Assembly: GCA_036172245.1 (NCBI GenBank)
Contig: JAYWIR010000011.1
Location: forward strand, 2,728,001-2,792,000
Length of the DNA: 64,000 nt
Direction: 5' to 3'
Origin: Raillietiella orientalis
Lineage: Eukaryota
Shown: piece by piece, positions 49,497 through 61,060 of the stretch
Layout: each line of letters begins with the position of its first letter
Position numbering within the stretch: position 1 is the first letter of the stretch
Made by a program: the position numbers and the translations under genes
The notes under the pieces: generated by a model
What the model was told of the DNA's origin: nothing
Seen by the model: only the letters and a program-made list of their open reading frames with translations
Databases searched by the model: none

Positions 49497-49629
49497 ACGA
49501 ATATCGGCTGGGTGGAGGACTCCCTGAACCACAGCACGAGCGTGACGAGGTCGTTCTTCGCCGGAGAAGAGAGGTTGCAAGGCAGCTCTGCGTCGCCATC
49601 GATGATTGCATACGCAACAATGTGCTCGG
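49497..49629 (-). CDS. Side-like gene exon A (Ig1 N-half): EHIVAYAIIDGDAELPCNLSSPAKNDLVTLVLWFRESSTQPIF
   Basis: Acceptor ctctgtttccag, donor gtaagt, 133 nt, starts phase 1 and ends phase 2. Contains the V-set B-strand Cys (LPC) and C-strand Trp (LVLWF). This frame is absent from the ORF track. Confidence 0.93.
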
Positions 49630-50399
49630 CTGGAAACAGAGAAACGGCGCCGTCATTCATCGTGGAGCGAAAGAGAGGACCCCGCTTTCAGCACCTTCGT
49701 GGGAGGTGACGTCATCGTCGTTCGCGTCGTAGCACCTACCTCGCGCCGGCGCCCTTCCTGATCAGGTGCACCTCGCAAAACGGGGGGATCTCGGGAGAGC
49801 AGCAACGCTCGAATCGGCGCTCCTTCTCGGCTTCGCTAGGGGACGAGCTGATCCTGCGCGCGCGGCGAGCCCCACGAGGGCCCTCCTCATCTCTCCTCGA
49901 GACCGGATACGGAAGCGCCCTCCCGGCAGAGAGCGCTGGGAGGCGTCTCGGGGCAGCTCGTTTCCCAGGTCAGGTCCGGACGCCCTCCAGCTCCAGAAGG
50001 AGGTGCACCCACGCCGAAACAATAGGGAACGCGGGTAAGGCGGCGCCGCTGGGGGTCGCTCGAAAAAGCGCCGAAAGCGGCAGCCGTTGCGCTGCCTCGC
50101 CGTCCCGAGCGCCGACAGTTCCGCGGAAATGGACCGGGACTCTCTGCTTGCCCGCGCACTCGGCGAGAGACCCCTCCTCCCTTCTAACCTTGAAACCTTT
50201 TCGAGGGGTCCCGTTCAAAATGGCCCTTCCCCCTCTTGCTTTTCTAGGATCCGAGCCCGGGACGCGTGCGCACTGCGCATGCGTGCATCGCTCAGCACCG
50301 AACACACCAACGTACCCCGTACTATGTACACATTTTTTCAATATATATTTTTTTGTCTTTAGGCCTGTAGCGACATCACGAGGCGATCGCTACCATTGA

Positions 50400-50903
50400 C
50401 CTGGAACGATGGAAGTCCTTCGGGGATCCTATCTTCTGCTTCGCTGCTCCCTTTCCAGCGTTCCTTTTTTGATGTTCGCCAAGAACTGAAGAACCGCTCG
50501 CCTCCTCCTCAGGGAGGAGACGAACGAAGAAGCTCTGGAAGCACCGTCCGCGCCGCACGACGGTGCGAGGGGTATTCCGGGAGGGGACCATCCTACGAAA
50601 CCAGGAAGGGTTCCGGAGGACGGAGGTCCGTTCCTCTCACGCTTGGCAGGGTACTCCCGAAGGAACCGCTGCAGGAGGGAACAAGGAAGAGGACGCCGCT
50701 CCCGGAATTTCTTCTCCGGAGGCAACCTCGAAGGAAGTAGGGGGGTGGGGAAGATCATCCAGCCCCTTGGTACGCCAAGGAGGAAAACTCCGAAGGGGAC
50801 CTGCTCCTTGAGTCCTCGACCCTCCCCAAGGCGGGATTCGAACCCATGACTCCTGGTGCCACCAACGGAGACCGCAGCCACGCGGACGACCGCCAACGCG
50901 GGC
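50400..50903 (-). mobile_element. tRNA-derived SINE-like element, copy 10 (internally deleted)
   Basis: Intact head: B box at 50834-50844 and ggagaccgcagccacgcggacgaccgccaacgcgggc. It is joined to the family 3' part (ccaggaagggttccggagga) with the middle missing. Confidence 0.72.
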
Positions 50904-51499
50904 AATATACAGTAGCATGTAGCCACGTAGTACACGCGCGGTGTACATGTGTACTCTTCGTCTGTGCGTTTCGCTTCGTTTCGAGCTCGTGAGGGGAGAG
51001 GTGCGCCGTCTCCAAAGTCCGGATGGCGCCACTCGAGCCAGGGCAGCCGAAGGCAGCGGAGGAGATCGCCGCCGTTTTTTTGTTCCCCTCCAAGGCGCAG
51101 ACATTCCGGAGGATCGAGAGGTCGTTGGAAGGGCCCCGCGAACCGGGAAGAGGAAAGTAGGGACCACGGTGAGTGCAACGGGTTCCCGTTCTCTTCTTCC
51201 TTCCTTTTTGCGAAAAGCGCCGGGCAGATGTCCTTGACCCATTACTGCTGCTCTGCCTCATCAGCCCACCGTTGTCTCCTGTGAAGAAGAAACGCTCGGG
51301 ACAACCATCGCTCCCTCCTTCCAAAGGAGCGCCACCGCTTTTCCCTCAAGAATCACGAAGAGACTGCGTTGCTCTGGCTCTCCCTTTCCGATACGCAGCG
51401 ACGAAGTCAGGGAGGAGTTTCTTGCCCCTCCCTCCCCAGGGAGGAAGGTGATAGCGAGACGCGAGCGTGAGGGTGCGCTTCTCCTTTTCAGGACCCGAT

Positions 51500-51880
51500 G
51501 CTCCGGTGAGATACAGGACAAGCCTTGCTACGCGCTCCGCCGTCACTTCCCAGGTGGGTCGGTTTGCAGTCTCAAAGCGCGTTCTCGGATTGAAATGTTG
51601 GCCGCCATGCTGATCGCTCGTGTTGGTGCCACGCGGCAAAGCCGGACTTGCGGCAAGGCGGCTCGAAGTCTCTCTCCCTGTAAGAGACTGAAGCTGGTTT
51701 TGTTGATTCCTGCGGCCCCTGTGGCCTCAGACACCTCTCCCGATCCGCTCTGTCTCTTCGGTGCATCTCGGCTCAGAGTGCACCATCAGTCCCAGGCGCT
51801 CCCTGACCAACAGCCAATTACAGGGGTCCTCCTCGACCCTTTCGCTGCGTTCTCGCACAAAGCCAGACTTTGGACGGACT
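51500..51880 (+). mobile_element. Possible decayed LINE ORF2 3' end
   Basis: YALRRHF..SLKAR, PDL, LLIP, LF..RV and DPF echo the C-terminus of CR1/Jockey-like ORF2. The matches are weak. Confidence 0.3.
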
Positions 51881-54800
51881 AGGTGGAAGCAGCCCGCCCG
51901 CCCTTTACTCGCCGCTGACGGGATTCCATGCGTGTTTCCCGCGGTCCAAGGAAGAGCGACAAGATCGCGAGCGAAACGTCCCGCTCTGAACCGTAGGCAG
52001 CAGGTGTTTTGCGTGCAGCTGCTTGGGGTTTCGAGGGAAGAGGGGGAAAGGTGCGCAGAAAGAGGAGGAGCAGGATTTTCGGATGCGAGCGTGAAAACCC
52101 GCTGATCTCAGGAGGAACACCAGCCCATCGATCCTGCGCACGCGCGCCTGCGCGTTCGCGGCTCGCGAAAACGAATCTGCGGAGTCGCCCTCCTCCCGCG
52201 GCAGGGCTCAGGAATCCCCGGGGCTCGGAATGGCTCGCCGGGGAAGAGTCAAGACAAACATTTCTGCTCCCCCTGCTTGTCGGAATCCGCAACGGAGGAG
52301 CCTTAAGGCGAGGCAGGACGAAGGAAGATTCGGTCCTTCGTCGCACCCCTCCTGGAAGGACCTCCTGGAAAGTTCTATCGAGTGAGAGGCGGTGGTTTCA
52401 GCGCGGTATGGCCGTGAACGTGCGCCCAGCTCTCTGGGTTCCCAGCATCTGCTCGCCCGCTTCGGTGTTGACCGGTCTCGACGCTCCTTCACTTCGCCGA
52501 TCGAACGAGAGAATTCGATCGCGACTCCTGGCTCGCCCTGCGCTTTCGCGAGACACTGCTTCCCCTGCTGGAAGGTGAGCAGCACGTGGCCGAGGAGAAC
52601 CGAAGGCCGGCGGAGCAGCCCTGAAGAGCCACCTCGCGCGGGACCAGGAGCTCAGAAGGACAAACGAAAGCGCACTCCCGGCGGCCGCTTCCGGCGCGCC
52701 AGTCGAACGAGGGGAAAGGGCAGATGCTGGGCGAGCTTCGCAGAGGCGACCGCAGCGCCCTTATCCAGAAGGGAAGGGCCCTTGCGAGGTGGATGCCGCA
52801 GCAGCTCTGGAGGACGCAGGAAGCAGAGAGGGGCATTCCGAAAATCCCGCCGCTGACCCGGAAAAGTCGATCGTTCCTCGGGAAACCCGGCTTTGTGCTC
52901 GCGCAGAGAAGGGCGTCTCCAAGGATCCATCAATTTCGCACGGTGTCGCTTTCTGGGGTCCCCTGCCTCTCCCATTCGGACGGGAGCTTTCCCGGATCCC
53001 CGTTCCCCGGGAGCGGAGCAGTTTTCCTCAAAAAACTCCCCTCCTCCCTACGGAAGACTGCGGTTTCTCCACTCCCACCTATAAGTCGCCAAGCCCTCTT
53101 GTGGGTCTGGAAGCGATCTCCAGGAGGACGCGATCACGACTACCTGGAAGGAGCCCCTTCCACCGGGAAGAAAGCTCGGTCGAGCAAGGGCCACTGGGGA
53201 GGAACGGGGGATGAAAGAAGCGTGCTGCTTCCAGAGACCTCTCTGACCTGGAGGCGAACGCCCATTTTTTCCCCCCGACAAGATTCGCGGTCACGACCAG
53301 ACCACCTCCCCAGCTGCGGTCTCATCTCTCCGGAGCGAGCCAACGATCCGGACGTTCCCAGAAACCAAGGGACGCGGGTTTCGCCCTAGACTGTTCGATG
53401 GACCAGTGCTGACTTTGTCCTCCCCTTTTCCGCGTGCCTCGTGGGAACGCGCGAAAGTGAGACGAGCTCCGCTTCCAGATTCGTCGCGCCCTCAGTGGGC
53501 GTTTCGTCCAGGCTCCCCCGTCCATCCGCAGGCTCGCAGCACCTGGCGTCCGCAAATCGACCGTCCGGAAGAGTCCGCGGGCTTCAGGACAGACGCCTCG
53601 GAGATCCAGCCGTGTCTCCAGAAAACAGAGGGTGCCTTAGAGCCCAGGGAGGGAAAGAAGCTGGAAGGCGCCTCCTGCCCACCAGAGCGTCTTGGAATTC
53701 CCATCCAGCCTCCCCCTTCTTCTCTCTCTCTTTTCCCGTGTCGCCTGCAAGGAAAGGTGCGCCTCCCCCCTCCGTGTGCCATTCCCTCTCGATTCCAGCT
53801 TGTTTTCGGAGCCCTAGAGGGGATATTTTTCCTTTCCTCTCTTCCTGTGATGTTCCGGCAGGGCCTGAGTACTCGGGGACGCGTGCGGGGCACGAAGGAA
53901 TCCGGAGAATGCACATCTCGTGAGAGGAGGGGAGGGGGAGGGAACCGCGCCCGCCTGCGGGCTTCCGGAGATCCGAAGCGATCGCCCACGGAGGGAGAGA
54001 AAACCCCGTCTTCCTAGCGGCGAAATCTTCGCCGGCCCCTGAGCGGCCCTTCCGTTGCCTCGGGAACGCATTCCCGTCACCCTCGCTCCCCCCTTTTCCC
54101 TTTCCTCTTCCAGAAATGTCTCCCAGACCTGGCATCCGGGTTCCACCCAACTCCTCGGAATGCGTCGGGTGCCTCGATCTCTCCTTTCGCTCCAGTGCGG
54201 CACGAGGGAAAGCCCTCTGGGCGATCCTCTCTGGCAGGGGAAATTGAGGCTCCTTTTTTCTTCTTACTTTCATGTTTTATCCGCTTTAGATACGCTGACG
54301 TGGATGAAATGCTATGCAAAAGAGGATCCTCCAGCTATGCGATCCTAGCGCCGTCTTAAAGAGCACGGAAATCTCATTAAATTACCGGACTCTCACTCGG
54401 CGGACGTGACCAGGGTATCCGGGTAGCGAAGGACTCTGGGAGGCGCGGCCGAGTTTCGTCGTTGCAAACGGAAGAAAAACAAAAAGAACAAAAAAAATAG
54501 AGAAGAAGATGAGGGGGAAGAGGAGGATGAGAAGAAGAAGAAAAAGAAGACAGTCTAAAGTGTCGAAATGGACGGCTCCTGTGAAACGGAATCGAACACG
54601 ACCGGTACGTGGACGACTGGGAGGAACGAAGCGCACCAAGGCGCCGCGCACTTCCGGTTTACGATGACGCGTCCCCTCGTGGCGAGCCGTCACGGACTCG
54701 CCCTGCAGTAGGATTTCCAGTTTTATCATTATTATTGATTTCATTATTCCTTTCTTTCCTTCTTCCCTTCCCTTCCCCCATCTTGCCTGTCCGCCTGCCT

Positions 54801-57202
54801 GCCTCCCTCCTTCCTATCCTCCCTTCCTCCTCTCTCCCTTCCCAGTGCTGCCAGATTAGCGGCTCCGCGAACAAGAATTTTTCAAACTTTTCTCCTTTCG
54901 GACGTCCCGCTTTAAAACTTTCAGACGGGAGTCAATTATCATGCAGCGAAGCATCCTGGAGCAAGTGGGTGAACGTCTGAACGCTCCTGAGGGAAACGGG
55001 TAGCCGGGCAACGCCTCTGCCCGGGCGCAAATGCGCCTGCTGCTGAAGGAGGTCGGGCGAGCGAAAGAGGAGGATGCACCTCCAGGTGCCCGATTTGGGG
55101 AGGGACGATTCCCGTCGCGAGTTTCCTTTTTGAAGGGGACCGGCGCTCCTCCTTGTTTCCTCCCTCCCGCTACGAGCAGGGAGAACCTGAGAACCTCCCG
55201 TCTGGGAAGGATCGCCGTCTTGACCCCGCGATGGCACCTGCGTGGTGCGCCTTGCCTCCGCAGCATCCACAGTCCCGCGGGGGATTCGAAGCCGGTCCCT
55301 CGGAATCGACGAGGCGCATTCCCCACTCTCCAGAAGGCACTGAGCGGGGCCTTCGACTTTCCGCGTTCCCGGCGGAAAGTCCTCGTCTTGAGAGCGTTCC
55401 GGAGCCTTCGCTTCGTTTGGCTGGTGGTCTGAACGACGTGCCCAACACGCATCCCGGGTGCCCCCCTTACGCTGGAGCACACTCCTTGCTGCACCTGCCC
55501 CTATCCGAGGGACGTCAACGTCCCGTGAGATTCCGCTTCCACGCGGTCCCGGAGCCGACGGACCGTTGCAGGATGTCAGAGTGAGCGGAGCCCAGGCGCT
55601 CCTTCCACGCCAAGCAGTTCCGGGCGCTGGAGGAGCGGCCTTGGCATGCGATGACCGCGCATTTGCGCTTTTTCTCTTCCTTCGACCTTCCTCCCTTCCC
55701 CCCCGCCCTTCCTTTCTCCTCCTCTCAAGGCAAAATTTCCTCCTCTTCTCGAAACCCGACGCTGCTGGTGATGCATCGCTCCCAGCAAGTGTGAGTGGTG
55801 AGGAGCGCTCCTTGCATGGAACACGCACCGCCAACCTCTGCTGCCTCTGTTCGTTCCCCGAGGAAGAGTGCTGAACCGAAAACGCCCACGGCCGCACTCT
55901 TTCCGCCAGCCACCTTCATTCTCCCTGTTCTTAGATTCCGTCTACTTCCGCGGGCTCACGCATCCTCGAGAGGGAAGCGGCGGTTAGCTGGTGGACGTTG
56001 CCGGGAAACGACGGCGGCGCTGAACGACCCGGGCGCGCGCGGCGAGCGAGAGAGAAGGTGGAGGAGGTCGTCCGTTGTCTTCGGCAGCAGCAGCATCGGC
56101 AGGATCCCTTCGGAATCGCCTGCCGCCCTCTGAAAGCAACCGGTGGTCTGGGTCTTCCCACGGGACCAGGGCGCCCTCCTCCGGCATCGGCGCGAAACTG
56201 CGGCTTCTCTGCCTTCCTCTCCCCTCCCCTGCTATGAAAGAAGTCCCACTGTGGAATGGGAGGAGGAACGAGTGCCCCCACCCCTCTCCATCAGAGGGGT
56301 CCTACGCGACGGCTTTTCCTTCTTCGGCACCTTCATCCGACCACGAGGAGCCCCGGACGGCGGCTCAGCGGCTGCTGAACGTCGTCCATCCCCTCATTCC
56401 AGACGTCCTGACGCGCGCGAAGAACCTTCCAGAAATTCCCGGGTCGTCGTTCCTTCCCTTCTGCAGACGCCCCATGGCCCTCGGTTCGCTCGCCGGCTGG
56501 AGGCGGCGCGCGCTGCACCCAGGGAGCTCTGAGACGCGTTCATCTGGAGAGGATGACGGGACGTGCAACTCCCGCCAGGCGGTGCTTCCGAGCACTCCCC
56601 TCCTCTTACTTCTCCGAGACTTCGGGAGCCTCCCTTCGGACCACCCGCAGACTTCTCGGGAGCCCGCTTCCCGTTCCGGAAAATGAAAAAGGGCAGGGAG
56701 AGGTCCACGGGATTTTCCTTCTTCGTACCGATGGAGTGAGGGAAGGGAGGGACGACTCGGGAAAGGAGGAGGAGGAGCCCGGGCGTCTGCCGAGCCCGTC
56801 GGTGCAAAGACAGAGCAGGCAGACTGGCAACTCTGGAGACGCTGGATCAAGGAACGCGCTCAGGGAAGGAGGGAGGAAGGACGCTCCAGCTATTTGTCAT
56901 CAGCATCTGCACCCGTCAAGACTGACAGGAACCGAGAGCCTGCCTCCTCCCTTCCTCCCTCTCCCACCTTGCCGCGCCGGGAGCGTCCTCCGGCAGCGGA
57001 GGAGACGCTCCCATTCATCTCTCTCCGCTTCGTTCCCTACCCTCGGGAAGACGAGGGGCCAGGGATAATCGGGCTGCCCTGGTCTGCGCAGGGCCGCTGC
57101 CTGGGACCCTAAAGAGAGCTCGGAAAGGAGCAGTTGCCACTTTCTCCCCCTCGTCCTCTCCCCTTCCTGGCATTGCAAACAGAAAAGCGAAAGCCCTCCG
57201 GC

Positions 57203-57450
57203 CTTCATCCTCCTCCTCTTCCTTTTCACTAGCGTTTCTGCCTCCTTCCCTCCTTCTCCTTTTCCTTTCCTCCTCCTCTCCTGCTCCTTCCTTCCTCGTT
57301 TCTCCCTTCCTCCTTCTTTCTCTTTCTCTTTCCTTCTTCTTTTTCTTTCTCCTCCTCTTTCCTTCCTTTTCTTCCTCCTTCTCCTCCTCTTCCTCCTCCT
57401 CGTCCTCCTCTTCCTCTGCCTGTTCCACCTCTTCCTCTTCCCCCTTCTCC
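57203..57450. repeat. Pyrimidine-rich (CT/CCT) low-complexity tract
   Basis: Almost purely C/T on the + strand. Confidence 0.9.
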
Positions 57451-60400
57451 CACTGCTTCCGCTTATTTAACAATTTTCCTGTTCCCCCGATGCGGGACGC
57501 GCGTCCCTCCCTCCGTCCGCTTTCCGGGACACGCTCCCCGGAAGAAGCTCTCGCAGACCTGCTTTATGGCCTCGCATTTCCCGGCGCTCCAGCCTCCGCA
57601 CAATCACTCTGGAAAGTTATAAATACTGATTTGTCCCAGGAAAACCATCCGGCTGATTTAGCGCCAATTTTCGTTCCTTCCTCCTCCTCTTCTCCCTCTT
57701 TTTTTTTTTTTTTATGAAAAATCAATTCCTTTCCTCCCCCTCCCCTCTCTTTGGAAGGCACCTATCGATTCCCGATCTCCTGGACACGGCCGAACTTGTT
57801 GCATGCCTCTCCCTCCCTTTCTCCTCCCCGCCCTTCTTCCTGTCCTCCTGGTGCCGAGCTCGCTTCCCAGGAAGCCGGGAGCTCTGGGAGGTCGGGGTCT
57901 CGTTGCGGGGTCAGCGCGAGAGGAGGCGGAGGCCTGAAAGGGGAGGGAGGGCGGGGATCCGCCGGTTGAGAGGTAGCGAGCGGCGCCTCGCGACAACACC
58001 CATGGGCAGGGGAGGGTGGAGGGAGGGATCTCACGAAAGGGGCCCGGGAGGTGCGGGGCGTCCTTCTCCCCTCGCCTCCTCGCTAGTTGGGGGTCCTGTG
58101 GATGCGCGCGCAAGCTCCTCGAGAGCGGCACCACCCGCGCCCAGCTACGCCCCCCCTCCAGGGGGCACTTGCGCCTCCTCCCCGCTCACCCGAGGCAGCT
58201 CCATTCTCCCCCATCTTCCCCGGAGGACTCCCTGCATCTCTGCACGCTGAGCGGAGAGTCCTGTTTGAGCTGCGAAAGATCGAAATGGATTTGGTCCAGA
58301 GGATCAGGTGACCCTCACCCCGTGCTCTTCGGCAGGTTGAGGAAACGGAAGACTCTCCCCCCTTCCCCAATGATATTTTTTTTCCTTTTTTTTTTTTTCT
58401 TTTGAGGGTGGCTTCGAGAGGGATAAGGAAGCGAAGTCTTCCTGCCTGACTCGTTTCCCTCTGCCTGGGCGGCGTGGCACCCTCGCGACCCCATCCCATC
58501 CCATCCAATGGCCAACACAAAGCCAAAGTCGAATTTCCGCGATCGGGGAACGACTTCTCCGTCCCTCCTCTCCTGCAGGGATGCGACTCCCATCCGGGAC
58601 GGGAGAGGGAGCCCTTACCCCAGCCCCCCTTCCTCCTACCCACCTGCCTCTTCGCTTCGAAATCCTCTACGTGTCCCGGGCGGGAGTCCCCATGGGAACT
58701 TTTTCTGGATTCGAGCTTCAGCTTCCTCTTGCGAATCCCAGGGAGCCTTTGGGGGTGGGGCGTATCCGAGATGAGGGGGGAGTGGGGGGGGGAGAATGTG
58801 CGGCCACGGAGCGCCTCTCTCGTGGGAAAACCGGGAGCCAATCGGATCGCCGAAGGTTCAGCAGCCGCACGCGGGACAGCGACCGAGTCGAAGACTTCAG
58901 ACTCATCTTGAGTCAACGGCGGCGGCGCCCACCGGGAAGGCGAGAGAGAAAGCGATGGGGTGGGGTCGGATCGAGGGACCGCATTCCCGCCCTTCGACGG
59001 GTGCGACTTGCGCACCGAGCGTCCTTGGCACGCACCGGGCGCGAGTTCCCGGGTCCGCCCTCTCCCCCCAGCGAGTGGGAGTGGGGATCCAGCGGCTGCT
59101 GGCTCGGACTCCCATGCATCAGCTGCCGCTGCCAGTTTGTGAGCGATAGCTGCGGGCGGAAAGACGCCCGTTGCCTGGATGCCGGATGATCCGGGAGTTT
59201 CGCCCTGTAGGCAGTATATCTGGAGCACTCCTCTCGGCGGCGGAGCAGCTCCCTGTCTCCCAAACGAGTTTTAGTCGTTTAAAATAGGAAATTCGGGAAG
59301 GATTCGAGGGTTCGCAATGAATTAGGGGACGCGAAAAGACCCCTCTTGCTGGATGGGAGACTTCCGCTAATCCCGAATGGAAGCTGGCGATGATAGTAAA
59401 AAAAAAAAAAAAAGGAGGAGGAGAAGGAAGGTGAAGGACGATCAATGCAGAAACCTCGACGGACCGGGTCGTGGAAACGTCATCGATTCGACTTACGTTG
59501 CTGTCCTCTACGTGGGATGCTGTTGTTTGGGATGCGGCCGGCAGCCATGCGCAAGAGTAATGTCATTCTTCCCCCCTCTTTTTCACCCCACCCCACTCCC
59601 CGCATCAACTCCTCGCATCAGACCAGCTGAGGAAGACATCGCTGTTTTGTCCAGCTAGGAAAGGCGCGTCCCCTTCGAAGAGGAGAGTGGGGTCGTGGAA
59701 GGAAGCGATGCTCAAGACGTGCGGACTGCGACGGCTTCGCGTTGACTGGAGGGAGAAGAAGGGGAGCGCCATTCGAAGTGAGTGGTGGCGGGAGCGGAGC
59801 CTACCACGTTGCGCAGGAAAAAGGAACCCCAAAGCAGACTCAGCGACGAGCTTCTGGAACGGCTCTTCTGGCAACCCTGAGCTCCCTCGAAGCGCGCGGG
59901 GCAATCAGAGAGCACAAGGAAGCAGCTGATGAAAGTAAATTAATCGGCATCCATAAGGGAGTCCGTTCAGAAGATTAAGACGGGCGGGAGGCAGCCGGAA
60001 ATTCCCTGCAATTCATGCATCTCATAACGCGGGAGGTGCGGGGAAGAATAATCGGACCGAGCACTGCGAACCGACGAGGTGAATCCATCAGATTTCGGGT
60101 CGGATGAATGCGTCCCGCAGCCTCTTCCGAGATCCTCATTAAGATGGCTGCGCTGATGTGGGACCATCAAGTGGCTTCCTTTCGCGTCTCCATCCTTCCC
60201 ATCTCCCGTGATCCTGCAGCCTCTCGCCCGAGATTCGCTCCCGGCCCGACGGCCTTCCGTACGAGAGGAAACACCGTAGCTCCGAAGGATACCTCGAAAC
60301 AGAGACGCGCCGCGCTCCTCGTAGCCTTCCTTTGAAGTCCCCCTCTCCCATCATTCGGTTCCTTGCACAGGAAGTCTCATTCATCGGAAGAGGAAAAACG

Positions 60401-60559
60401 AACTCAGCTCTTGGAGACTCTGCGCTCGCTATGGCGCCCTTTGCCGTCAAAAAGCAACGAAATCAGGACTGAGATAACTCCCTCTCCTCTTTCCTTCCCT
60501 GACCCCTGGAAGGAATGCTGGACTTCCGTTCCCATCGTCAAAGGAAGACTTCCGTTCGA

Positions 60560-61060
60560 TCACAAAAAGGAATCCACTGCACGAAGGAAAAGGAGCGGCT
60601 GACTGAACGAGTCTACTCCGGCACGGTTTCCGTCTTCGCGGAACAAAGATCTCGGAGGTGATGAAGGCTCCCCGGGAGAGAGCAGACAGCGCGCGTGGGG
60701 GTGGCCCAACACGTGGGGGCTCTCCCGAAAGTTGTGCTTCAAGCGACGCCCCCTCGGACAGGCAGAAAGCGCACCAGGAGGGTGCGCCCACCTTGGAGGT
60801 GAGGAGGCGCAGCTCCCAGAAGAATCTCGAAGGTGCGCCTGAGCACGCACGAAAACAGCTGAGCACATCCTGATGAGCGAGGATGCAGTCGGCGACCTGG
60901 AGTCGTCTCGTTTCTGTCAACTGGTACAACACCCCTCTGTAAGACTCGGGAGGTGGCACTTGTCCTTCTGGAGCGGACAACCCACTCGGGAAGCTCGCGT
61001 ACCGCGTCTTCGACGGATTCTGGTCCGGAAGTCTTTCATCGATTGGGATGGCGGACGAGG
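60560..61060 (-). mobile_element. Possible decayed CR1/L2-like LINE ORF2 3' end
   Basis: PESYRGVLYQLTETRRLQVADCILAHQ..PSRFF resembles SYxxRLxxLxLxxLExRRLxADLILxxKI..FF. Confidence 0.38.

Larger units (their letters stand above)
8698..49629 (-). other. Partial multi-exon gene: Sidestep (Side)/nephrin-like Ig-superfamily cell-surface protein, exons for Ig1-Ig4
   Basis: Eight exons splice into one stop-free 1245-nt frame with AG/GT sites and matching intron phases (2,1,1,1,0,1,0). Side-family hallmarks are present: LPC..LVLWF..PIF, DEGEYRCRVDYKSSPTKN, GPFLEGDELNLFCEV, LECRASN, RPLSVQI..CVSRGSRPPASISW, DDGKFLICMARNP, FTCVATNPEGSAES. The paralogue cannot be assigned from sequence alone. Confidence 0.93.

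Noticed and set aside
54843..56836. hAT-like terminal motifs cagtgctgccag / ctggcaactctg (similar motifs near 24830 and 59868)
   Set aside because: Short imperfect match, no 8-bp TSD and no transposase between them.
59497..59566. Candidate first coding exon MTLLLRMAAGRIPNNSIPRRGQQ with a phase-1 gtaagt donor compatible with exon A
   Set aside because: It has no hydrophobic signal-peptide core, and the phase match has a 1-in-3 chance. Not supportable without transcripts.
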